The notes: generated by a model not told the origin, from the letters alone. Positions 49,623 through 60,171 are shown, counted from the stretch's first letter. The stretch is 64,000 bases of DNA from Subtercola sp. (GCA_025463745.1 JAODBB010000233.1:202-64201), one strand, 5' to 3'. Program-made: numbers and translations.

Positions 49623-51665
49623 TCACCGTGCCTTGTCGAGTGGTGTCGCCTCTGCGCTCTTCTTTTCGAGGGTGTTCGTCCCCTCGACTGCGCTCTTCTT
49701 TTCGACTGAGCTCGTCTTCTCGAGGCGCTGCAACATCGCGTTGTATTCGTTCAATTCGGCGTCGTTCGTGCGGTCGGCATTACGGTCCAGTCGTTTCGAC
49801 TCTTTCGTGTCGCTTCTACCCCACTGAATGGCCACCACGATAGCCAGAATAACGGTCGGAATCTCGCCGATGCTCCACGCAATGCCGCCACCGGTCTGCT
49901 GATCCGAAATCGCACTCGCCCCCCAGGCCCGGCCCATCGAGCCGTACCAGTCGGCCAACAGCAGGCCCGTACCGGTCATCAACGTCAAACCGAAAAACGC
50001 GTGGAACGCCATCGTCGCCAGCAGCAGCAACAACTTGAACGGGTAGGGCAGTTTGCGCTTGACCGGATCGACTCCGATGAGTGCCTGGGCGAAGAGATAT
50101 CCCACGATCAAGAAGTGGAAGATCATCCACTCGTGCCCTATGTGGTCGGTTGTCGACCAGCGGAAGAGAGGGGTGTAGTAGAACGTGAGAAGGCTGGTTG
50201 CGAAGAGCACGGCCGCCACGATGGGGTTCGCAAGGAACTCGCCCACCTTCGAGTGAACCGTGAGCAATAACCATTCCCGTGCGCCGCGGGTACCGTCGGT
50301 GCGCTTCTTGATGGCCCGCATGGCAAGCGTCACCGGCCCCGACGACACCAGCAAGATGGGAATCATCATCGCCAGAATCATGTGGCCCATCATGTGAACG
50401 CTGAAGAGGTACTTCTCGTACACGTTCATGAAGCCGTTGGTGACGAAGACCAGCAACAGCATGCCGGCCACCCACAACACGGTGCGATACATCGGCCAGG
50501 CATCACCACGGCGGCGAAGCCTCACCACGCCGGCGATGTAGAAGAAGATTCCGAACCCGCAAATGAGCAGCCAGAGCAGATCGAAGTTCCATTGCGTCAG
50601 GAAATTGCCGAACGTGAGCTCGGGCGGCAGAGCAGACCCGGTGAGAATCTCGGCGGGTGTCGGGCTGCTCGGCAAGACTTCGGGAATCGGAGTTGCCGTT
50701 CGGGCCAGAGCTACCGCGACGCCCGAGGCGACGCCCATGAATACCAGCTCGGCCACCACGATGCGCCAGAACAGCGCCCGCCCCCTGCCGTCTTTCAGAC
50801 GGCGGATGAGCAGCCGCCGGTACATCGCGCCGATCAGACCCAGCACGATGAGCGCTGCGACCTTCACCAGCACGAGAATTCCGTAGGGCGTCAGCAGGCG
50901 GTCGAGCGAGCCGATGCGCAGCTCCGCGCTCACGTAGCCCGACGCTGCCACCACGATGAAACACACCAACGCGACGGTGGAATAGCGCGACACCGCTTCG
51001 ACGAGTCGCGCGTTGTCGAGCTGCTTCACGAGCAGCACCAGCGTGAGCAGCCCGCCGAGCCACACTGCGGCGAAGAGCAAGTGCAAGAAGAGTGCCGTGA
51101 TCGCGGCGTCGTGCCCGTCGGTTCCGGCGGCGTGGCCCTGCTGGGCCATCGGCACCAGCGCCAGAACAGCCAGCAGCCCGACGAAGACGAGACCTGTGAG
51201 ATTTCTCACCGCGAAGCACAGCACCGTGACCGCCGCGGCGATGAGGGTCGTTTCTAGCCAGGCCTGCCCGAGCGGCACCGAAGAGAGAAACTGCCCGAGA
51301 ATCTGGCCGAACTTCGAGTCGAGACTTGCCGACGACGCCGTGACATTCAAAAAGCTCAGGAAGCCGGTGATGGCCGCCGAAACGGTGAGCAACGCGGCAC
51401 CTGCGGCCGCAACATCCAACGCCCGGTTGAACTCGGGTTTGTCTTTGCGCAAGACGAAGAGCGCCAGTAGCAGCGCACCGAGGGTGAGCGAAGCGCTGAG
51501 GTTCACGAACAGCGTCGCGATGGGCAAACCGAAGCGTACCAAAGGGCCCGGGTCTTCGAGCAGCAACGCCGTGGCGCCCCCACCGTATTCGAGGCCCAGA
51601 ATGAGCGCGATGAAGGCGACAGCGACCAGAGCTGCCGGCCCCACTATGCGAATCACTTTTGGCAC
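49623..51665 (-). CDS. CopD/caa3-CtaG cytochrome c oxidase assembly protein
   Basis: GH..G, HL....WLGGL, YG....K, HM.GHM, HAFFG, DQQ.GG.IAW..GE.P. Confidence 0.9.
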   Translation of the reverse strand: MPKVIRIVGPAALVAVAFIALILGLEYGGGATALLLEDPGPLVRFGLPIATLFVNLSASLTLGALLLALFVLRKDKPEFNRALDVAAAGAALLTVSAAITGFLSFLNVTASSASLDSKFGQILGQFLSSVPLGQAWLETTLIAAAVTVLCFAVRNLTGLVFVGLLAVLALVPMAQQGHAAGTDGHDAAITALFLHLLFAAVWLGGLLTLVLLVKQLDNARLVEAVSRYSTVALVCFIVVAASGYVSAELRIGSLDRLLTPYGILVLVKVAALIVLGLIGAMYRRLLIRRLKDGRGRALFWRIVVAELVFMGVASGVAVALARTATPIPEVLPSSPTPAEILTGSALPPELTFGNFLTQWNFDLLWLLICGFGIFFYIAGVVRLRRRGDAWPMYRTVLWVAGMLLLVFVTNGFMNVYEKYLFSVHMMGHMILAMMIPILLVSSGPVTLAMRAIKKRTDGTRGAREWLLLTVHSKVGEFLANPIVAAVLFATSLLTFYYTPLFRWSTTDHIGHEWMIFHFLIVGYLFAQALIGVDPVKRKLPYPFKLLLLLATMAFHAFFGLTLMTGTGLLLADWYGSMGRAWGASAISDQQTGGGIAWSIGEIPTVILAIVVAIQWGRSDTKESKRLDRNADRTNDAELNEYNAMLQRLEKTSSVEKKSAVEGTNTLEKKSAEATPLDKAR

Positions 51666-51770
51666 CCGTCAACCCTACGTCAGCGTGCCTGAGAAGCCCG
51701 CCGAAGCGAGCATCCTGTGGAGAGAACTTGTGCGGCCTCGCCTGTGCGCGAAACACTCGCCTGCACGAAA

Positions 51771-51802
51771 CAAGGGGCCCTGGCCGAAGCCAGAACCCCT
51801 TG
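51771..51802 (-). terminator. Terminator hairpin after hup
   Basis: CAAGGGGUUCUGGC-UUCG-GCCAGGGCCCCUUG followed by UUU. Confidence 0.75.
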
Positions 51803-51819
51803 GAGATTTCGAACGTGAA

Positions 51820-52107
51820 CTACTTGACAGCTGCCTTGAGCTTGCTGCCGGCGCTGATCTTGACCGAGTTGCCGGCGGCGATCTGAATGGCCTCGCCAGT
51901 CTGCGGGTTGCGGCCGGTGCGAGCGGCACGTGACGTGCGCTCAACGGCGATCCACCCGGGGATGGTGACCTTCACGCCGTTCGACACCGAGTCGGCGAGA
52001 GTTGCGAACAATGAGTCGAGCACCTCGTTGACGGCGGTCTGCGTCTGGCCTGATGCGGCGGCGACGGCAGCGACGAGCTCGGTCTTGTTGAGTGACTTAT
52101 CAGCCAT
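51820..52107 (-). CDS. hup: HU DNA-binding protein
   Basis: NKTELV, RAARTGRNPQTG. Confidence 0.95.
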   Translation of the reverse strand: MADKSLNKTELVAAVAAASGQTQTAVNEVLDSLFATLADSVSNGVKVTIPGWIAVERTSRAARTGRNPQTGEAIQIAAGNSVKISAGSKLKAAVK

Positions 52108-52264
52108 TTAGTGTCCTCCTCGGACCATCCTGCTGCCAGAGCAGCGATTTTTTGTAGTTCTCAGTGAAGCAGTAAAGCACGGCCGTGGCCGTGTGGGCCA
52201 CATTTCGCTTGACTTCAGACCGATTCCCAACAAGGGCTGGCGAAGTCAGGCGACCGAGGGTAAC

Positions 52265-52570
52265 CTACCAGCTTGACTTCGTAATGCCCGGCAACTCGCC
52301 ACGGTGAGCCATTTCACGAAAACGAACACGTGAGATTCCGAAGTTCGAGAGGTGACCGCGGGGGCGGCCGTCGACGGCGTCGCGGTTGCGCACACGCACC
52401 GGCGAAGCGTCACGAGGAAGCTTCTGCAAGCCGACGCGGGCGGCCTCACGAGACTCATCGGTGCCGTTGATGTCAACGAGCGCCTTCTTCAGTTCGAGGC
52501 GCTTGGTAGCCCAGCGGGCCACAATGACCTTGCGCTGCTCATTCTTTGCGATTTTGCTTGTCTTGGCCAT
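52265..52570 (-). CDS. rpsN: 30S ribosomal protein S14, Zn-free long form
   Basis: 101 aa, LPRDASP.R.RNRD..DGRPRG, KSSW; no Cys. Confidence 0.97.
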   Translation of the reverse strand: MAKTSKIAKNEQRKVIVARWATKRLELKKALVDINGTDESREAARVGLQKLPRDASPVRVRNRDAVDGRPRGHLSNFGISRVRFREMAHRGELPGITKSSW

Positions 52571-52574
52571 GTGA

Positions 52575-52742
52575 TTACCGCTCCTCTCTAAAATCGACGT
52601 GCTTGCGAATGACCGGGTCGTACTTCTTCAGCACGAGGCGGTCGGGGTCATTACGACGGTTCTTGCGGGTCACGTAGGTGTACCCGGTGCCGGCCGTCGA
52701 ACGCAGCTTGATGATCGGGCGTACGTCTTGTGCTTTTGCCAT
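52575..52742 (-). CDS. rpmG: 50S ribosomal protein L33, Zn-free form (not in the ORF track)
   Basis: [55 protein letters not shown]. Confidence 0.97.
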   Translation of the reverse strand: MAKAQDVRPIIKLRSTAGTGYTYVTRKNRRNDPDRLVLKKYDPVIRKHVDFREER

Positions 52743-52978
52743 TAGAGCTTCACCCCACGAGCCTGGATTTCTTTGACGACTGCTTCGATGCCACGAGCAT
52801 CGATGACCTTGATGCCCTTAGCCGAAAGCGTCAGGTTCACGTTGCGTCGAAGCGACGGAACGTAATAGGTCTTCTTCTGTACATTCGGGTCGAAACGACG
52901 CTTCGTGCGTCGGTGCGAGTGCGAAATGTTGTGACCGAAGCCGGGAACGGCTCCAGTCACCTGGCACACTGCGGCCAT
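52742..52978 (-). CDS. rpmB: 50S ribosomal protein L28
   Basis: [30 protein letters not shown]; GGAGG RBS. Confidence 0.97.
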   Translation of the reverse strand: MAAVCQVTGAVPGFGHNISHSHRRTKRRFDPNVQKKTYYVPSLRRNVNLTLSAKGIKVIDARGIEAVVKEIQARGVKL

Positions 52979-53132
52979 GACTTTCCTCCAATTACCGTAG
53001 AGCGGATGCCCTACCCAAGTTCTCTTGTCGGCACGCACAACTCTCCCGAAAACTGCCGACTCTTCGAAAAGAATCAGCGAGGGGGGAGGGTTTGCGCACA
53101 TGCGAGTGGAGATACCACTCAACCAGCGCCCA

Positions 53133-53161
53133 AGCCTACGCGAGCACCGGTACTTCCGCAA
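53133..53161 (-). promoter_or_regulatory. SigA-type promoter of the rpmB operon
   Basis: TTGCGG-N17-TAGGCT. Confidence 0.65.
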
Positions 53162-53173
53162 GTTTGCGGGGGT

Positions 53174-53572
53174 TCAGGATGATTCGGCCACCGCTGGAAC
53201 GCACGAAGAGCAATAGCCGAACACGTCGACAACGTGCTCGGCTTGGCTGAACCCATGCAAGCTGGCGACCTTCTGCGCCCACACTTCGACATCGTCGGCC
53301 TCGACTTCGATGGCCAGGCCGCAACTGCGGCAGATGAGGTGATGATGGTGACCGATCGAACACGCCCGATAGAGGCTTTCGCCCTCAGGAGACTGCAATG
53401 AGTCGGCTTCGCCTTCGTTGGCCAAGTCGCTGAGCGCGCGATAGACCGTCGCCAATCCGATGTGAGAACCCGAGCCACGCAGGTCGGAGTGCAAGTTCTG
53501 CGCGCTCACGAAACCCATTTGCGTATCGAGGGCTGCTCGCACGGCTTCACGTTGCCAGGTGTTTCTCTTCAC
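53174..53572 (-). CDS. zur: Zinc uptake regulator (Fur family)
   Basis: LATVYR.L, HHHHLICRSCG, C-terminal CxxC; in metal ABC operon with Zur box. Confidence 0.88.
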   Translation of the reverse strand: MKRNTWQREAVRAALDTQMGFVSAQNLHSDLRGSGSHIGLATVYRALSDLANEGEADSLQSPEGESLYRACSIGHHHHLICRSCGLAIEVEADDVEVWAQKVASLHGFSQAEHVVDVFGYCSSCVPAVAESS

Positions 53573-53623
53573 AGTGCCCTCCTCTCGCTCACAATCGGCT
53601 CTTCGCTCGATTTCTCCACAATT

Positions 53624-54508
53624 TTAGCTCCGCGCGCCGACCAGTTCGGCGGTTCGCCCAGTATTGCCTCGACGGCTTCGCCAGCCACCGATGAGCCGGC
53701 ACACCACGTAGATCAGAAAGGAGATCGTTGTGACATACGGACTGATAGGAATCGACCCTCCGAGCGCAAGCATGATTCCCCCCACAAGTGAAACTACAGC
53801 GAAGATCGTGCTGAGTAGCGGCACGATCACCGGCGACGACGAGAGGCGAAGCGCGGCCGCGGCCGGCGTGACGAGAATGGAGAGCACCAAGAGCGATCCG
53901 ACGATCTGCACCGAGACGGCCACGGCGAGGCCCAGCAGCAGCATGAAGTACAGCGACAGAAAGCGGGTGGGTACCCCGCGCGCTGCCGCAACATCTGAAT
54001 CGACGCTCGAGAACATCAACGGGCGCCATACCAGAGCGAGACCCAACACGACGACGATCGAAATCGCGATGAGCGAATTCAGCTTCGGGTCGTCGACCGC
54101 AACGATTTGTCCGGTGAGAAGCCCGAATTTGTTGGCAGAGCGGCCGGGGTACAGCGATAGGCACAAGATGCCGAGCCCCAGACCGAACGGCATCAGCACC
54201 GCGATGATCGAATTCCGGTCGCGCGCTCGGGCACCCAATATGCCGATCAGTGCGGCCGCCACGAGCGAACCGATGATCGAGCCTTCAACAACGCCCACCC
54301 CGAAAAGCAGGCCGGCAGAGGCCCCGGCGAACGACAGCTCGCTGATGCCGTGAACGGCGAATGCCATGTCACGAGACATCACGAAAACGCCGATCAAGCC
54401 GCCCACGACGCCCAGCACCGCGCCGGCGATGATCGAGTTCTGAAGCAGTGCGAGCAGTTCGCCGTAGTTGTCGAAATTGAAAATCTGCGACCAGAGATCT
54501 CCGCTCAC
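53624..54508 (-). CDS. znuB: Zn/Mn ABC permease
   Basis: HGISELSFAG, LLTGQI, VG.LL. Confidence 0.82.
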   Translation of the reverse strand: MSGDLWSQIFNFDNYGELLALLQNSIIAGAVLGVVGGLIGVFVMSRDMAFAVHGISELSFAGASAGLLFGVGVVEGSIIGSLVAAALIGILGARARDRNSIIAVLMPFGLGLGILCLSLYPGRSANKFGLLTGQIVAVDDPKLNSLIAISIVVVLGLALVWRPLMFSSVDSDVAAARGVPTRFLSLYFMLLLGLAVAVSVQIVGSLLVLSILVTPAAAALRLSSSPVIVPLLSTIFAVVSLVGGIMLALGGSIPISPYVTTISFLIYVVCRLIGGWRSRRGNTGRTAELVGARS

Positions 54509-55404
54509 TCGCCGCCTCGCCCCGGGCCGCCGGCAGAGTCTGGGTGACCGTCATGTTCTTCGTCGTGGTGCGCGGGTACGCCATCAGGATGCCCGTTGGC
54601 ACCATCGGGCGTACCGACCACGATCACGCGTCCCCGCGAGCGAATCACATCGACCGGCGAACCGTACAGCTCGCTCAGCACGTCAGAACGAAGAACTTCG
54701 TCGGGCGTTCCGATGCGAAACCGGCCACCGGCCAGATACAGAACACGATCGACCATGCCGAGAACCGGGTTGATGTCGTGCGTCACGAAGAGCACACCGA
54801 GATCACGCTGCCGTCGTTGCTCGTCGATCAATTCACTCACCGCACGCTGATAGTTCAAATCGAGAGAAAGGAGAGGCTCATCGCACAACAACAACGCCGG
54901 ATCACCGGCCAGGGCCTGGCCGACTCTCAGGCGTTGCTGCTCACCGCCCGAGAGGTGCGAGATCGACACATCGCCATACGCCGTCGCACCTACCGAATCG
55001 AGAAGAGTGTCGACCTGCTTTCGGCGCCTCGCAGACGGCCACGGAATACCGAATCGGTGGCCGACCAGACCAAGCCCGACAAGATCGCGCGCACGCAGTG
55101 GCGTACCGTCGTCGGCCAGCTTCTGCTGCGGTATGTAGCCGATGCGTTGATTACCTCGCGCAATCGGCGAACCCAGAAACTCGACCGACCCGCTGGTCAA
55201 TTGCTGCTGCCCGAGAATCACTTTCAGCATGCTCGTCTTGCCCGATCCGTTCGCCCCGATCACGGCGATGAACTCACCCGCCCGCACGCTCAGGTTCAGG
55301 TGACTCCACAACGTGCGCGCCCCGAAGCTCAACGAGGCGTCGGTGAAACGCAAGACCGGTTGGCCGGCCAACAGGTTGTCAGAGAGAGACTCGTTCGTGG
55401 GCAT
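54505..55404 (-). CDS. znuC: Zn/Mn ABC ATPase with His/acidic tail
   Basis: GANGSGKT, LSGGEQQR, DEP, THD. Confidence 0.85.
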   Translation of the reverse strand: MPTNESLSDNLLAGQPVLRFTDASLSFGARTLWSHLNLSVRAGEFIAVIGANGSGKTSMLKVILGQQQLTSGSVEFLGSPIARGNQRIGYIPQQKLADDGTPLRARDLVGLGLVGHRFGIPWPSARRRKQVDTLLDSVGATAYGDVSISHLSGGEQQRLRVGQALAGDPALLLCDEPLLSLDLNYQRAVSELIDEQRRQRDLGVLFVTHDINPVLGMVDRVLYLAGGRFRIGTPDEVLRSDVLSELYGSPVDVIRSRGRVIVVGTPDGANGHPDGVPAHHDEEHDGHPDSAGGPGRGGE

Positions 55405-55414
55405 CAGGTGAAGG

Positions 55415-56437
55415 TCACTGTGAGAGGGCGGTTTTCATGGCGGCGAGAGTGCCGGCCATCCAGGTCAGGTAACTTGAGCCGTCGGGCAGAGATTCCGTCA
55501 CCGGCACCACAGGCACCGAGGCCGCCTTCGCGGCAGCGAGCACCGCCTCGGTCTGCGGGTCACTGGTCTGCGAGTTGTAGACGAGAACGGCGACCTGGTG
55601 ACTGGCGAACAGTGCGATCGTCGCGGCAAGCACGTCGGGAGCGACGTCGGATCCGTTTTCGACCGCCGCGCTGAATTTCAGAGGGGTCTGGTCGACCAGC
55701 CCTGAGGCATTCAGCAGGTACTCGGCGACGGGTTCGGTGATAGCGGCGCCCGTGCCGGCGAACGAGTTCTTGAGGTCTGACTCCGCGGCGCTCAGGGAGG
55801 CCAGGCTGTCGGTGTAGCTGAGGGCGTTCGCGCGATACAACGCCGCGTGTTCGGGCGCGAGATCGGTGAGCGCGCTTGCCAGCCGATCGACGACTTTGGT
55901 GACCGTACCGAAGTCGTACCAGAGGTGTTCGTTGAAAGAGCCGCTGGAAGGCTCGAGGTCATAGCCTGAGAGAGCGGCAGCGTTCAGAACCACGGCGCCC
56001 GAGTTCTTCGTGCCGGTGATCAGCGTCGACATGAAATCGTCGTAGCCACCGCCGTTCTCGATGACGATCGACGCCTTCGAGACCGAGAGTGCGTTCTGGC
56101 CGTCGGCCTGATAGTCGTGCGGGTCTTTGTTCGGGTCATCGATGATCGACGTCACCGACACGGTGTCTGCACCGATCGCCGTCGCGATGTCGCCGTAAAC
56201 GCTCGTCGAAGCGACGATCGTGATCGGCGACCCAGCATTCGAGACACCCCCGGCGCTACTGCTACTGCTACTGGCGTTGCCGGTGCCACTGGCCGATTCA
56301 CTGCTCGCACTCGCGGCACCGACGGCGCAACCGCTCACTGCCATGACAAGGAACCCGGAGAGAACCACACCCACCACCGCCCGACGTGACTGCGAGCGCA
56401 GGCGAGGCGCACGAAAGAGTCGGAGGCTGCGGGGCAT
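55415..56437 (-). CDS. znuA: Zn/Mn ABC substrate-binding lipoprotein
   Basis: VSG-C lipobox, DPHDY, NGGGYD, NEHLWYD. Confidence 0.85.
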   Translation of the reverse strand: MPRSLRLFRAPRLRSQSRRAVVGVVLSGFLVMAVSGCAVGAASASSESASGTGNASSSSSSAGGVSNAGSPITIVASTSVYGDIATAIGADTVSVTSIIDDPNKDPHDYQADGQNALSVSKASIVIENGGGYDDFMSTLITGTKNSGAVVLNAAALSGYDLEPSSGSFNEHLWYDFGTVTKVVDRLASALTDLAPEHAALYRANALSYTDSLASLSAAESDLKNSFAGTGAAITEPVAEYLLNASGLVDQTPLKFSAAVENGSDVAPDVLAATIALFASHQVAVLVYNSQTSDPQTEAVLAAAKAASVPVVPVTESLPDGSSYLTWMAGTLAAMKTALSQ

Positions 56438-56454
56438 TCCTCGATCTTAGGCTT

Positions 56455-56475
56455 TATTGAGAATGATTGTCAAAA
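56455..56475. promoter_or_regulatory. Zur box overlapping the znuA -35
   Basis: TATTGAGAATGATTGTCAAAA; minus strand TTGACA-N18-TAAGAT then a leaderless ATG. Confidence 0.85.
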
Positions 56476-56539
56476 GCGATAACGTCGTGACCCTCGGCAA
56501 CTACGACCGTGCGATCGCGAGCGCCGAGCGGCCGCCGGG

Positions 56540-58006
56540 CTAATCGAGCAGAAGCGCCGGCTCCTCGACAATGGCCGCCACGTCGGCAAGAAAACGGCTC
56601 GCGACGTCACCATCAACCACTCGATGATCGAAGCTTGCCCCGAGCGTCGTGACGAAACGAGGCCGCACCTCGCCGTCGACCACCCACGGGCGCTGCTTGA
56701 TCGTGCCGAGTGCGATGATTGCCACCTCGCCGGGGTTGAGAATCGGGGTTCCCGTGTCCATACCGAACACGCCGATGTTCGTGATGGTGATGGTGCCGTC
56801 AGCCATATCGGCCTGACTCGTGCGCCCCTCCCGGGCGGTGAGTGTCAACGACTCCAGGGCAGACGCGAGTTCGAGCAGCGTCATCGCCTGCGCCTCTTTG
56901 ACGTTCGGCACCAAGAGACCGCGAGGCGTGGCGGCCGCCACACCGAGGTTCACATAGTTGCGAACGATGATCTCTTTGTCTGTCCAGGCTGAGTTCACCA
57001 TCGGGTTGCGGCGAACGGCCCAGATGATGGCCTTCGCGATGATCAGCAGAGGAGAGACTTTCACGCCGGCGAAGTCGGCCGAGTTCTTCAGCCGCTTCAC
57101 GAATTCCATGGTGCGCGTCGCATCCACGTCGACGAAGAGGCTCACGTGCGGAGCGGTAAAAGCGCTGGTAACCATCGACTTCGCAATATGCTTTCGAACG
57201 CCCTTGACCGGAATGCGCTCCTCGCGCTCATCTGCCCATTGGGGTGTTTCGATGTTATGAAAGACCTTCGCCTGCGAAGCGTGCCGAATGACGTCGTCGC
57301 GAGTGATGTCACCCATGGGACCGGTGGGCGTCACCTCAGCGAGGCTGACATCGAGATCTTTTGCGAGTTTACGAATGGGGGGTTTGGCGATGACGGGCAG
57401 GCCCGTGATCGCGGGGGAGGAGGAGCCGATCGGCCGAGTAGCCTCCGGTGCGGCGGCGACGGCGCCCGTGCTCGTCGACTGACCGGCGAGCGCGCCGAGC
57501 ACACCGGGAACACTAGTGCCTGAATGACCACCGTTCACAACCGTCTGGCCCCGTGCATCCGAGCCATCCGCGGCAAGGTTGCGAGGCGGCACCAGTCGGC
57601 TACGCCGCCTGCTCGTGACGTGACCCTTACTGCCGTAGCCCACCAGCACAGCGCCGGGCAACTCTTCGTCTTCACGTGAAACGGTCGCGGCCACATCGGC
57701 GACGACTCGCTCGACATCGTCGAGCGCAGCGGCACGGCCGAGACTCTCGGGCTCACCTGCTTCGTCATCACCGAATACCCGGATGATCGGCGTACCCACT
57801 TCGACGGTGCTGCCCTCGCCCACCAGAATCTCGCGCACCACGCCTTCGTAGGGCGACGGCAACTCGACGAGCGACTTCGCCGTTTCGATTTCGACGATCA
57901 CCTGGTTGATGGTGATGGTGTCGCCGGCGGCTACCCGCCACGAAACGATCTCGGCCTCGGTCAGACCCTCACCCACGTCGGGCAATAAGAACAGCGATTC
58001 TCTCAT
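56540..58006 (-). CDS. pdhC: 2-oxoacid dehydrogenase E2 (dihydrolipoamide acyltransferase)
   Basis: LPDVGEG, ETAK lipoyl site, FDHRVVDG; substrate (pyruvate or branched-chain) not determinable. Confidence 0.88.
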   Translation of the reverse strand: MRESLFLLPDVGEGLTEAEIVSWRVAAGDTITINQVIVEIETAKSLVELPSPYEGVVREILVGEGSTVEVGTPIIRVFGDDEAGEPESLGRAAALDDVERVVADVAATVSREDEELPGAVLVGYGSKGHVTSRRRSRLVPPRNLAADGSDARGQTVVNGGHSGTSVPGVLGALAGQSTSTGAVAAAPEATRPIGSSSPAITGLPVIAKPPIRKLAKDLDVSLAEVTPTGPMGDITRDDVIRHASQAKVFHNIETPQWADEREERIPVKGVRKHIAKSMVTSAFTAPHVSLFVDVDATRTMEFVKRLKNSADFAGVKVSPLLIIAKAIIWAVRRNPMVNSAWTDKEIIVRNYVNLGVAAATPRGLLVPNVKEAQAMTLLELASALESLTLTAREGRTSQADMADGTITITNIGVFGMDTGTPILNPGEVAIIALGTIKQRPWVVDGEVRPRFVTTLGASFDHRVVDGDVASRFLADVAAIVEEPALLLD

Positions 58007-58029
58007 GTCAGCTCCGAGCTGTATTCACG

Positions 58030-59016
58030 TCAGTATGCCAGCGAACGATCGACCGCTTCAAGCACGCGGTCGGCGTCTGGCAGGTAGAACGTCTCTATCT
58101 TCGACGACGGGTACGGAGTGTCGAATCCTGAAACGCGCAGAACGGGCGACTGCAGTGAGTAGAACGCTCTCTCAGCGACGGTAGCTGCAATCTCTGACCC
58201 CACGCTGACAAAGCCGGGCGCTTCTTGACAAACGATGAGCCGCCCGGTTTTCTCGACCGACGAGATGATCGGCCCGAAATCGATCGGGCTGAGTGAACGC
58301 AGATCGAGCACCTCGACACTGACGCCTTCGTCGGCCGCCACCTGAGCCGCCTGAAGGAGGGTCGACACCATCGCTCCGTGAGCGATGAGCGTCACGTCTG
58401 TTCCGGTGCGCACCACGCGGGTCGAGTGCAACGGCACGGCACTCGACGAGAAGTCGACGGGACCCTTCGGCCAATACCTGCTCTTCGGCTCGAAGAACAT
58501 CACCGGGTCGTCTGAGGCAATGGCCTCCTGAATCATCCAATAGGCGTCGTTCGGGGTACTCGGGCTCACCACCCGCAGCCCTGCAGTGTGCGCGAAGTAC
58601 GCTTCCGGGCTTTCTTGGTGATGTTCCACCGCACCGATGTGACCGCCGTATGGCACACGAATGACAACCGGCATGTGAACGGAGCCTTCGGTTCGGTTCG
58701 TCAGCTTTGCGAGCTGGCTCGTGATCTGGTCGAACCCGGGGTAGATGAACCCGTCGAACTGAATCTCGCAGACCGAACGGTAGCCGCGCATCGCCAGCCC
58801 CACCGCGGTTCCGATGATGCCCGACTCGGCGAGTGGCGTATCGAGCACACGTTTCATGCCGAATTCGGCTTGCAACCCTTCGGTGATGCGAAAAACGCCA
58901 CCGAGGGTACCGATGTCTTCGCCCATGAGCAGCACACGGTCATCCGCCGCCATCGCAGCGCGAAGCCCGGCATTGAGGGCTTTCGCCATGGGCATTTCTT
59001 CGATGGTCGGGGGCAT
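58030..59016 (-). CDS. pdhB: 2-oxoacid dehydrogenase E1 beta
   Basis: GED, GGVFR, DTPLAE, EIQF, EHHQES. Confidence 0.88.
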   Translation of the reverse strand: MPPTIEEMPMAKALNAGLRAAMAADDRVLLMGEDIGTLGGVFRITEGLQAEFGMKRVLDTPLAESGIIGTAVGLAMRGYRSVCEIQFDGFIYPGFDQITSQLAKLTNRTEGSVHMPVVIRVPYGGHIGAVEHHQESPEAYFAHTAGLRVVSPSTPNDAYWMIQEAIASDDPVMFFEPKSRYWPKGPVDFSSSAVPLHSTRVVRTGTDVTLIAHGAMVSTLLQAAQVAADEGVSVEVLDLRSLSPIDFGPIISSVEKTGRLIVCQEAPGFVSVGSEIAATVAERAFYSLQSPVLRVSGFDTPYPSSKIETFYLPDADRVLEAVDRSLAY

Positions 59017-60137
59017 CAGATACCTTCTCGCAAAGACAGTTCATACGCATTCAGCCACGCATGCTGCTCCGCGACCAGCGGGTGCGGCTCAGCGTAGACG
59101 TTGTCGAACATCGACGACAGAGGGGGGGCCTCGAGTGTCAACGTGCGGTGCCGCAGGTCGGCCGCGAAGTCGTTCGCCTCTTCGGTGGTGCGCGCGAAGA
59201 AGGCGTCATCGGCGCCCTGCGCACGCAGATAGGCCTCGAATCGTTTGATCGGGTCGCGAGCAACCCAATAGGCGAGCTGTTCAGGGGTTTGGTATCTGGT
59301 CGGGTCGTCAGACGTGGTATGCGCCCCGATGCGGTAGGTCAACGCCTCGATCATGGCCGGCCCCTGACCCGCGCGCGCCTCATCGAGGTGCTTGCGGGTC
59401 GCTGCGTAACTGGCGAGCACATCGTTGCCGTCGATCTGAACGCTCGGGATGCCGAACCCTCGCGCTCGTAAATAAAGAGGAATGCGTGACTGAGTCGACA
59501 CCGGCACTGAGATCGCCCACTGGTTGTTCTGCAGAAAAAACACCTGCGGGGTCTGGTTCGATGCCGCGAACACGAACGATTCGCTCACATCGCCTTGGCT
59601 CGTCGAGCCGTCGCCGAAGTACACCATCACTGCCGTGTCGACGTCGGGGTCGCCTGTGCCGACCAGACCGTCGAACGCCACGCCCATGGCATAACCCGTC
59701 GCGTGCAGCGTCTGCGAGCCGATCACCAGGGTGTAATTGCGAAAGTTGCCGTTTTTCGGATCGTTCGCATCCCACCCGCCAAGGCTGGTTCCCCGCATGA
59801 CTTTCACGATGCCGAGAATGTCGATGCCACGAACCAGACCCACCGCGTGCTCGCGATAGGTGGGAAACAGTATGTCTTGTGGCCGGGATGCCCGTGCCGA
59901 ACCCACCTGTGCAGCCTCTTGCCCGTGGCTCGGCGGCCAGAGCCCCATCTGCCCCTGCCGCTGCAGATTCGTGCACTCTTCGTCGAATCGGCGGCTGATC
60001 GCCATATCGCGGTAGAACTGCCGGTGGTCGTCGTCGCTCAGGTCGGCCAGGTAGGGGAGATACTCTTCCGCTGCCTCGCTCGGCGCGAATTCTCCGTCGA
60101 TGGAGAGAAACTGAACCGTCGGCGAATTCTCTGCCAC
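59016..60137 (-). CDS. pdhA: 2-oxoacid dehydrogenase E1 alpha
   Basis: GQEA, GDG...NNQWAIS TPP motif, HTTSDD. Confidence 0.88.
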   Translation of the reverse strand: MAENSPTVQFLSIDGEFAPSEAAEEYLPYLADLSDDDHRQFYRDMAISRRFDEECTNLQRQGQMGLWPPSHGQEAAQVGSARASRPQDILFPTYREHAVGLVRGIDILGIVKVMRGTSLGGWDANDPKNGNFRNYTLVIGSQTLHATGYAMGVAFDGLVGTGDPDVDTAVMVYFGDGSTSQGDVSESFVFAASNQTPQVFFLQNNQWAISVPVSTQSRIPLYLRARGFGIPSVQIDGNDVLASYAATRKHLDEARAGQGPAMIEALTYRIGAHTTSDDPTRYQTPEQLAYWVARDPIKRFEAYLRAQGADDAFFARTTEEANDFAADLRHRTLTLEAPPLSSMFDNVYAEPHPLVAEQHAWLNAYELSLREGI

Positions 60138-60171
60138 TGGCTACCTCATACTTCTGTGTTTGGGCCAGCTC

